Position numbers and translations under genes: made by a program. A DNA stretch of 36,156 nt. Source: an uncultured Bacilli bacterium. Lineage in GTDB: Bacteria; Bacillota_I; Bacilli_A; RF39; UBA660. The stretch spans positions 1 through 36,156 of the forward strand of contig CANQDI010000003.1 of NCBI GenBank assembly GCA_947591575.1, read 5' to 3'. Positions 29,877 to 36,156 of the stretch are shown piece by piece. Each line of letters starts with the position of its first letter. Position 1 is the first letter of the stretch. The notes below the pieces were generated by a model. It saw nothing but the letters and a program-made list of their open reading frames with translations. It made no database searches and was not told where the DNA came from.

Positions 29877-30683
29877 TTACTTTTGTTCCTTTAAAGGCTC
29901 TACGTTTGGTACTTCTACTACAGGAATCGTTACAGGATTTGTTGATGGCGGCACTGGTTGAGAAGGAGAAAGAGGGGGTACTGGTATAGATACTTGCGTT
30001 TCATTTTGTGTCGTAGGTTGAGGAATGACAGGAGTTGGAATAGACACTTCAGGTGTTGACACCATCGTAGTTCCTTCTGCACTATCCGTTGTAATTGGAT
30101 TCACTTCCGGAATTGATTCTGAAACAGGTTGAATAGGAGAAGGTATTTCTGGGGGAACGGGAGCTGAATCTCTAACTTCTTCTATAGTAGGTTCGACAAC
30201 AGGAATGGTTGGAATAGATGGAGGAGGTGTCACAACAGGTGTAGAAACTTGATTAGAAGAGATAGGCTCACTAATAGGTGAAACTGCTACTGGAGGAGTC
30301 ACTTCAGCAACAGGAGTTACAATTGTATTTTGTGCTTCTGTTAACACATTAGTCGAAGGAATTGATTCTGGTGGAGACATTGGAGAGACTACTGATACTT
30401 GAGGGGGAACAGGAATATTTGAGATAGGAGTTTGTTCGACTGGTGTTGAAAGGGGAACTTCTGCTGCCTGAGTCCCAGTAACTTCCTCTATAGTAGCTGC
30501 TTTTTGAGAAGAAGCATCTACTGTTGCATACTTTTCTTTCTCTTTCTTATCCTTGAGCTTTCTTTCTGCTAAATAACCAATACACGCAAAAAGTAAAATG
30601 ACACATAAAACAACCGTTGCAATATATAAAGGGCCATCTAAAGTATCCCTAAAAAAATAAATTATTTTATCCATTTTCTTCAC
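29877..30683 (-). CDS. Membrane-anchored Pro/Thr/Val-rich low-complexity protein
   Basis: GTG start, one TM, then ~200 aa of P/T/S/V/E-rich sequence. Confidence 0.7.
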   Translation of the reverse strand: MKKMDKIIYFFRDTLDGPLYIATVVLCVILLFACIGYLAERKLKDKKEKEKYATVDASSQKAATIEEVTGTQAAEVPLSTPVEQTPISNIPVPPQVSVVSPMSPPESIPSTNVLTEAQNTIVTPVAEVTPPVAVSPISEPISSNQVSTPVVTPPPSIPTIPVVEPTIEEVRDSAPVPPEIPSPIQPVSESIPEVNPITTDSAEGTTMVSTPEVSIPTPVIPQPTTQNETQVSIPVPPLSPSQPVPPSTNPVTIPVVEVPNVEPLKEQK

Positions 30684-30750
30684 CCTCTATTCTTTTATAC
30701 TATCATATCATTTCACCTTCTATAATTCAAGTTTGATTTCTCAATCCAAG

Positions 30751-30775
30751 AAAAAACTGACACTATTTCAGTCAG
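30751..30775 (-). terminator. Terminator after sod
   Basis: CTGAC-9nt-GTCAG with a T tract on the minus strand. Confidence 0.5.
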
Positions 30776-30779
30776 ATAT

Positions 30780-31379
30780 TTATTTATAATGTTGATTCGC
30801 ATACGAAAAATTGGCAATTTCAAAAAAGTTCTCTAAGTATTTCCTTTTATCATCTTTATTATTCAAATAATATGCATGTTCCCACATATCCGTACAAAAT
30901 AAAGGTAGATACCCATATTGTAAGGGATTATCTTGATTCATTGTCGTAATGATTTCAATATTATCTTTACCCGTTTTAACAAGAAATACATAGCCCGACC
31001 CTTTTATATTAAGGGCATACTCTATCCATTTTTCTTTCATCTTATCAAAGCTTCCAAATTTTTGATTGATAGCTTCTTTTAGTGGACCTGTGGGAAGTTC
31101 TTTATTTTTAGGATTGATAGATTGCCAATATAAATCATGATTTAAAACACCACCTAAATAAAAAAGCAACTGATTTTGTTCTTTAGGTGCAAATGAGGAT
31201 AAATGATGATATAGTTCTTCCATAGGATAAGAAAAAGAAAAAGCATTTTTTAAAAGTAACTGATTGAGTTGATTTAAATAATTTCTTTGATGTTTCTGAT
31301 AATGTAGTCCCATCGTATGAGTATCAATAAATGGTTCTAAATCCTGATATAAAAATGGTAATGATTTTAATGAATACAT
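30780..31379 (-). CDS. sodA: Fe/Mn superoxide dismutase (Mn-type signature)
   Basis: LEPFID..TM.LHYQKH, GG..NHDLYW, NQDNP, DMWEHAYY. Confidence 0.88.
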   Translation of the reverse strand: MYSLKSLPFLYQDLEPFIDTHTMGLHYQKHQRNYLNQLNQLLLKNAFSFSYPMEELYHHLSSFAPKEQNQLLFYLGGVLNHDLYWQSINPKNKELPTGPLKEAINQKFGSFDKMKEKWIEYALNIKGSGYVFLVKTGKDNIEIITTMNQDNPLQYGYLPLFCTDMWEHAYYLNNKDDKRKYLENFFEIANFSYANQHYK

Positions 31380-31434
31380 ATAACCTCCACTTTATCATAT
31401 GATAACAAAAAAAAAGAAAGAACCTTTTTATTTC

Positions 31435-32151
31435 TCATTTTTGTTTGGCATAAGAAGATGCTTCTTTTAAAAAACGTTTTAAAATAAGCGATGCATATTG
31501 ATCATAGGAAATCATACTTTCTGGATGCCACTGAACACCTAAAACAAACCGTTTATGAGGATCCTCTATTGCTTCTATTAATCCATCTTCTGAATAACCA
31601 CAAATTTTTAAATGATTGATTTTCTCCGCATGATAACGATGTCTACTATTTACCTTTATTGTATCTACTTTTACAATATCACTTAACAAAGTATCCTTTA
31701 CAATATTGACTTCATGTACATACTGTTTTTCTCGATCATTATGATTGATTTTAGTATCATTTATCACTGTGTTATCATATGCGATATCTTTCATATTGCA
31801 ATCCATTTTTGCCATCATTTGCATTCCTAAACAAATTCCTAAAATCGGCATATTAAGTGCAAGAGCTTCCTGATAAATATACTCATCATAAGCTTCCCAC
31901 TTATATCCTCCTTGTAATAAAAGGCCATCACATAGACTTAATATTTTTTGAATATCTGCTTTTTCCTCGTTATAAGATTTCTTTAAATCTATAGTAAGAT
32001 GTTTTGGTACTAATAAAATAGGAATCCCGCCTTCTTCATCAATACTTTTTTGAATATGTTCCCACATGCAAAATGCCTTGTCATGATCCCATAGCTCATC
32101 AAATCTTCCTACAACACCAATTATTGGTTTAAAACAATTCATGAATATCAT
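31435..32151 (-). CDS. Gamma-glutamyl-gamma-aminobutyrate hydrolase family (peptidase C26)
   Basis: DGLLLQGG, PILGICLGMQ (Cys), VNSRH, GVQWHPE. Confidence 0.85.
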   Translation of the reverse strand: MIFMNCFKPIIGVVGRFDELWDHDKAFCMWEHIQKSIDEEGGIPILLVPKHLTIDLKKSYNEEKADIQKILSLCDGLLLQGGYKWEAYDEYIYQEALALNMPILGICLGMQMMAKMDCNMKDIAYDNTVINDTKINHNDREKQYVHEVNIVKDTLLSDIVKVDTIKVNSRHRYHAEKINHLKICGYSEDGLIEAIEDPHKRFVLGVQWHPESMISYDQYASLILKRFLKEASSYAKQK

Positions 32152-32275
32152 CTCCTTTCAATTTATTTTATGAAATAGGTCTACAAGATTACTATATTTA
32201 TTACATATTATTTGTCTTAGAATAAAGTTAAATGAATGATAACAAGAAAAAGAGGACAGGAAACGTCATTGTGAA

Positions 32276-32304
32276 CCTAAGAGAAGAAGTATGACAACTA
32301 TTTT
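32276..32304. repeat. Half copy of array repeat R at the array/core junction
   Basis: CCTAAGAGAAGAAGTATGACAACTATTTT is 25/29 identical to 35175-35203. Confidence 0.7.
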
Positions 32305-32429
32305 TACTTAAATAATAATAGAAAATATTAAAAAAGACAGTCGAAATTATGCTATAGTTGCAACAATGTAAAGAGTGTTTTTTAATTATCAAAAGATAAG
32401 GTATCTTTTTGGTCAATTAACATAGTAAT

Positions 32430-32936
32430 CTACATTTTCTTTAAAACTTTCTGGTTCTCTAATTCAATATGTTTTTCTACGATTATGCCAGCCAAAAATA
32501 TTAAATTATGGATTCCATCTATAGAAATAGTTTCTTCGTCTTCTACATTATTTTTTAAACTAATTATTTTTATTTCACTAAATATATTAGGATCTATCCT
32601 CTGTTCCTTTGGAATAAAATATACATAACCAATTGTTACTCTTTTATTATTTTCTTCAGATATTTTTTGGGCCATTGTTTTAGTTTTATCCATCTCATCT
32701 TTGGAAAAATAATCAGATCCATCTAACAATATAAAATCACAATTTTTAGGAATATCTTCTTTTCTCAACCGTGTGTACGCAGTTCCACTACCAAAAATAT
32801 AGGCATGAAAATTATCATATTTTCTTTCTAGTATTGTAAACTGGCTCCAATAGGCATTATGTGCCATAAGCATAAAACTTGTGTTTACTCCGTTGTTCAA
32901 TCTTTTTATAAAAGGATTATTTTCTATAGTATTCAA
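32430..32936 (-). CDS. Hypothetical protein (array gene)
   Basis: Frame is open to 33044, but TTG at 32936 with a GGGGGA RBS is the likelier start; ends KVLKKM. Confidence 0.6.
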   Translation of the reverse strand: MNTIENNPFIKRLNNGVNTSFMLMAHNAYWSQFTILERKYDNFHAYIFGSGTAYTRLRKEDIPKNCDFILLDGSDYFSKDEMDKTKTMAQKISEENNKRVTIGYVYFIPKEQRIDPNIFSEIKIISLKNNVEDEETISIDGIHNLIFLAGIIVEKHIELENQKVLKKM

Positions 32937-33139
32937 ACAAAATCCCCCAATCAATATTATAATATTATTTTTAAAGTTATTTATAATAATGGGCATATTA
33001 TATACCGCCATTAATCCTGTTCCACCAATCATAGAAATCATCATAAAATCTCTAACTTTTTGAAATCTGTATCTAATTTTCCAAAATTTTTCTTGTAAAA
33101 CTTTTTTCAGTAATAGTTATACATATTTTTTCTTTTGGT

Positions 33140-33478
33140 CTAAAATTTCACTGATTTTTTCAATACCTTTTCTAAAAATATTTTATTTTCAAATGTTCCC
33201 TTTTTTGTTCCTTTTTCTTGTGCGATAGCAATAACTTCCTCTAATGTTGCATTTTCTAATCTAGCTAAATATTTCATTATTTCTAACATATCGGCTAACT
33301 CTTCTATTCTATCCTTTCCAGTTGCGTTTAAAACTTCTTGATATTCCTCATTTAATTTTTTTTCTAGTTCAACTTTATATTCTTCATCAGTTAGAATTCT
33401 AGTAATTGGTTCTTCATCATTTGATTTAATTATTTCAGGTATCTTATCTCTTACCAATTTATTATATATTTGTTCCAT
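33140..33478 (-). CDS. MazG-like / phosphoribosyl-ATP pyrophosphohydrolase-like NTP pyrophosphatase
   Basis: YNKLVRDKIP, KL.EE..E, EELADMLE, K..KKG.F..KIFL. Confidence 0.82.
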   Translation of the reverse strand: MEQIYNKLVRDKIPEIIKSNDEEPITRILTDEEYKVELEKKLNEEYQEVLNATGKDRIEELADMLEIMKYLARLENATLEEVIAIAQEKGTKKGTFENKIFLEKVLKKSVKF

Positions 33479-33509
33479 ATTTTATCTCCTCTTTCTATAT
33501 TGATATTGT

Positions 33510-33540
33510 TAATATGTAGGTGTATTTTCTAGTTTGACAA
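33510..33540. repeat. 31-bp box P, copy 1
   Basis: TAATATGTAGGTGTATTTTCTAGTTTGACAA, 31 nt upstream of the ATG at 33478. Confidence 0.7.
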
Positions 33541-33566
33541 GAGTCAATTTCAAACTATAAATAGTT

Positions 33567-33654
33567 TATCATAAATCGAAAGATCTTAAAACTCGAACTA
33601 TAAAAGTCCAAATTTTCTATCACCTAGTGCCCTAAAGGAAAGAGTATGACAACT
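33567..33654. repeat. Array repeat R, copy A
   Basis: Shares an exact 24-mer TTAAAACTCGAACTATAAAAGTCC with copy C, plus GTGCCCT and GACAACT; abuts the stop codon at 33655. Confidence 0.85.
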
Positions 33655-34158
33655 TTATTTAATCAATTTTTTACAGATATTTGTAAAATTATTTTGATAG
33701 TTCTGACATTTTAAAAACATTGAACTAAATGCTGAAGCTATTATTTCATTTTTACTACCACTTAAACAAAAACAAATAGGACATAAAAACTTGTTATTAA
33801 ATTCTCGATTAGGATTTTGATAAAATCTAATAGAAAAAGTATTATTTTGAAATGTAATTATTAATTTATTCGCTTTTTCGTAAATTCCGTAATCTTCACT
33901 ATCCCATGTAAAAATATTATTAATTAGTGTTTTATTATAGGGATCATCGTATTTTTGAATAATTTTAAACAATTGCTGCATCTTAGAAAATAGAAAAGAA
34001 TCGTCTTCAGTCACATTAAATTCGTTATGTTCATCATAATGTAACATAATCCAATAAAAATCAGCTCCACTAAATTGCATTAGAAAACTTTGGTTTTTAT
34101 CATTTTTTAACTCAATCGAGCATCTTCGATTACTATCTTCTATTTTATTGATTTCCAT
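33655..34158 (-). CDS. Hypothetical protein (array gene)
   Basis: 167 aa; AAGGAG RBS; ends KKLIK. Confidence 0.7.
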   Translation of the reverse strand: MEINKIEDSNRRCSIELKNDKNQSFLMQFSGADFYWIMLHYDEHNEFNVTEDDSFLFSKMQQLFKIIQKYDDPYNKTLINNIFTWDSEDYGIYEKANKLIITFQNNTFSIRFYQNPNREFNNKFLCPICFCLSGSKNEIIASAFSSMFLKCQNYQNNFTNICKKLIK

Positions 34159-34192
34159 TTAAAAAATCACTCCTTATGTATATTGTCTTTGT

Positions 34193-34223
34193 CAATACGT
34201 AAGTATGTTTTCTAAGTTGACAG
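34193..34223. repeat. 31-bp box P, copy 2
   Basis: CAATACGTAAGTATGTTTTCTAAGTTGACAG, 27/31 identical to copy 3; 34 nt upstream of the ATG. Confidence 0.8.
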
Positions 34224-34313
34224 AGAATAATTATTATAGATATCAATGGAATTTAAAAAAGGGCATCCTTAACATATTCATCATAACCTGAAGAAGAACT
34301 TTTTGCAAGTTCT

Positions 34314-34372
34314 CTATATTAAAGTTCGAGCAGATTCGTAAATGGTGCGATTATGTAAGATATCTACAACTT
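34314..34372. repeat. Divergent variant of repeat R (copy B)
   Basis: Keeps AAAGTTCGAG...TGGTGC...ACAACT at nearly the same spacing as copies A and C. Confidence 0.6.
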
Positions 34373-34390
34373 ATAATAAACTTATAATTA

Positions 34391-35017
34391 TTACTTTTTT
34401 AATTTTTTTATAGAATTATTTTGTAATAAATCTTGATACTCTCCAGTTTTAGATACAATATTATATGGATGTGATTGTCTAAAAAGTTTACGTTCTTCTT
34501 GAGGCATTTCCAATACCTCATCCGCTATATCTATATGTAATATACCATCTAAGTGATCCATCTCATGCGATAAAACAGTTGATTCAAATCTTTCAAAAAT
34601 CTCTCTATGTTTTTCTCCATCCATATCAAAATATTCAACTAAAATTTTATATGGTCTTTTTACATGTCCCATAAAGTCCAAACAACTAGCACAAGCTTCC
34701 CAATAATCAGTAAGACCATATCTTTCAATAATCACTGGATTGATTAACACTCTTGCTTCATTATAATTTTCTTCATTTTCAGTAGTTTCGTTTTTCTGCA
34801 TTTTATTAATAATGTCCAAATTTGTATTTTTGAGATATACAAGTCTTTTTGGAATTCCAAGTTGTACAGCAGCCATTGCCATTACTTCATTTTCCTTACA
34901 AAACTCTGCTAGCACATTAATATTATTCTTCAAATTTTTGTCATTTAAATTAACCTTGGCGGAAACTTGTCTCAAATATTTTTCATTATCTTTTATTGTA
35001 ATTGCTTTTATTTTCAT
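34391..35017 (-). CDS. def: Divergent peptide deformylase
   Basis: MAMAAVQLG, LINP, EACAS and HEMDHLDG correspond to PDF motifs 1-3; ends IKKLKK. Confidence 0.88.
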   Translation of the reverse strand: MKIKAITIKDNEKYLRQVSAKVNLNDKNLKNNINVLAEFCKENEVMAMAAVQLGIPKRLVYLKNTNLDIINKMQKNETTENEENYNEARVLINPVIIERYGLTDYWEACASCLDFMGHVKRPYKILVEYFDMDGEKHREIFERFESTVLSHEMDHLDGILHIDIADEVLEMPQEERKLFRQSHPYNIVSKTGEYQDLLQNNSIKKLKK

Positions 35018-35050
35018 ATTTAATTTCTCCCTTCAGAATATTGCTCATTT

Positions 35051-35081
35051 CAATATGCAAGTATGTTTTCTAAATTGACAA
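35051..35081. repeat. 31-bp box P, copy 3
   Basis: CAATATGCAAGTATGTTTTCTAAATTGACAA, 33 nt upstream of the def ATG. Confidence 0.8.
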
Positions 35082-35109
35082 ATATATCAATTAAAATCTA
35101 CAAAAATTA

Positions 35110-35198
35110 TATAATAAATTTAAAGATTTTAAAACTCGAACTATAAAAGTCCGAGTTTCATATTAATCTGGTGCCCTCAGGGAAGACGTACGACAACT
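35110..35198. repeat. Array repeat R, copy C (most intact)
   Basis: Internal inverted repeat AAACTCGAACT-ATAAA-AGTCCGAGTTT, then TGGTGCCCTCAGGGAAGACGTACGACAACT. Confidence 0.85.
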
Positions 35199-35229
35199 AT
35201 TTTCTTTGTTAACACGCATATAATTTTGA

Positions 35230-35260
35230 CAATTTGCAAGTGTGTTTTCTATATTAACAA
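35230..35260. repeat. 31-bp box P, copy 4 (no gene downstream)
   Basis: CAATTTGCAAGTGTGTTTTCTATATTAACAA. Confidence 0.65.
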
Positions 35261-35276
35261 AGTAAAATTATTCCAA

Positions 35277-36095
35277 TTATTTTTGTTTATTTTCTATCTT
35301 TTTTACAAGTCTTTTTAATAACATTTGTTTATGCTTATAATCATCGTTAATTATTTCATTGCTTCTACTTTGTTCGGTATCTGCAAGTGTTTTATATCCA
35401 TCTTCTATAGTATCAATATTTATTAAAATAAATTGTTCTTTTAGTTTTTCTAACTCTTCAAATGAGATTTCATCAATTTTATTTTCTATTTGATAATTAA
35501 TTACAGAATCAATAAAGCATTTAACATATGGGAACCCTTTAAAACTTATATTTTGATTAACTCTACACATTCCATCTGTCTTATAAAATGATAATTCATT
35601 AGGCCATTTACTTTGTGACCATTCATCACATAATTTAATTGCTAAACCATTTTTCAATAAATAATTAATATATCTTGCTTGTACTCTTCTAGGATCTTTA
35701 ATTTTTTCAATTATATCCTTTGACATAATCATAAAAATATTCCAAAAAGCTGCAGGCGACTCACCATCAACATGATATAATAAACTTTGTGGAACATAAG
35801 TTTTTCCTTCAAAAGTACTAATAAGTTCACTCAAAACTATACTAATATCTTCTCTATTTAAAATAGAATATTTTTCTATAAGATTGCAATAATTATATGT
35901 TTCAATATATGCAAATTCAAACTCATTCTCATATTTTCGATCTAAACTTGCATATTTTTCTTCAATTTTTTGTATTGCCTCTTTAATTTCTTGTTCTTTA
36001 CTACTATTTAAATCTTTTCTAGATTGTAATAAACTACTTTTTCTATTTCTTAATTTACTCAAACTTGCATTAAAATCCACTTTCAAAACCTCCAT
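35277..36095 (-). CDS. Hypothetical coiled-coil protein (array gene)
   Basis: 272-aa ORF; probable GTG start at 36080 after GGAGG; ends KRLVKKIENKQK. Confidence 0.7.
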   Translation of the reverse strand: MEVLKVDFNASLSKLRNRKSSLLQSRKDLNSSKEQEIKEAIQKIEEKYASLDRKYENEFEFAYIETYNYCNLIEKYSILNREDISIVLSELISTFEGKTYVPQSLLYHVDGESPAAFWNIFMIMSKDIIEKIKDPRRVQARYINYLLKNGLAIKLCDEWSQSKWPNELSFYKTDGMCRVNQNISFKGFPYVKCFIDSVINYQIENKIDEISFEELEKLKEQFILINIDTIEDGYKTLADTEQSRSNEIINDDYKHKQMLLKRLVKKIENKQK

Positions 36096-36110
36096 TAAAC
36101 ATGATTATTG

Positions 36111-36156
36111 TATCATAAATTTAAAAATTTTAAAACTTGAACTATAAAAGTCCGAG
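36111..36156. repeat. Array repeat R, copy E (cut by the window edge)
   Basis: 43/46 identical to 35110-35155. Confidence 0.85.

Noticed and set aside
32937-33044. N-terminal 36 codons of the 204-aa ORF
   Set aside because: No RBS at the ATGs and a better RBS before TTG 32936; may be a remnant of another gene.
27336-35078. ORFs 27336-27539, 32228-32416, 32881-33063 and 34812-35078
   Set aside because: Antisense to real genes or spanning non-coding repeats; no convincing RBS.
33534-35080. TTGACA in box P as plus-strand sigma-A promoters
   Set aside because: Only copy 1 has a plausible -10 (TATAAA at 16 nt); spacing is not consistent in the other copies.
33567-35198. Repeat R as a canonical integron attC
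   Set aside because: No RYYYAAC...GTTRRRY end pair on the gene strand and no full-length palindrome; only a short hairpin and loosely inverted ends.
35169-35198. tRNA gene (TGGTGCCC resembles the reverse complement of a tRNA 3' end)
   Set aside because: No T-loop GTTCGA at the correct distance and no cloverleaf; at most a distant att-site resemblance.
33567-36156. Repeat R as a CRISPR array
   Set aside because: Copies are ~0.7-1 kb apart, separated by whole genes, and divergent; no cas genes are in view.

Overview
AT-rich chromosomal window from a low-GC Bacillota, probably a spore-forming Bacilli lineage (spo0A, sortase and cdaAR are present; TGA is used as stop, so not Mycoplasma code 4). 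It has three zones. (1) 248-7007 is a compact, divergent type VIIb-like secretion locus: essC/yukB, a yukD/esaB-like ubiquitin-fold gene, and four helical WXG100-like genes that lack the WxG motif. No essA, essB or esaA is in view. (2) 7211-32151 holds housekeeping genes (murJ-like, htrA, Abi-like HEPN, spo0A, tpiA, glycolipid synthesis, pgk, gap, nucleoside kinase, clpP, thioester-domain surface protein plus sortase, N-terminally short clpB with CIRCE, ctpA, cdaAR, sod, C26 hydrolase). (3) 32276-36156 is an accessory array of co-oriented, unrelated genes. They are punctuated by an ~88-bp att-like repeat, with a half copy at the junction to the core chromosome, and by a separate 31-bp box at a fixed distance upstream of start codons. 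All five array proteins end in a K-[K/V/R]-L-[K/V/I]-K tail. This cassette array and the minimal T7SS are the best candidates for undescribed systems. All calls come from reading the sequence; no database searches were run.
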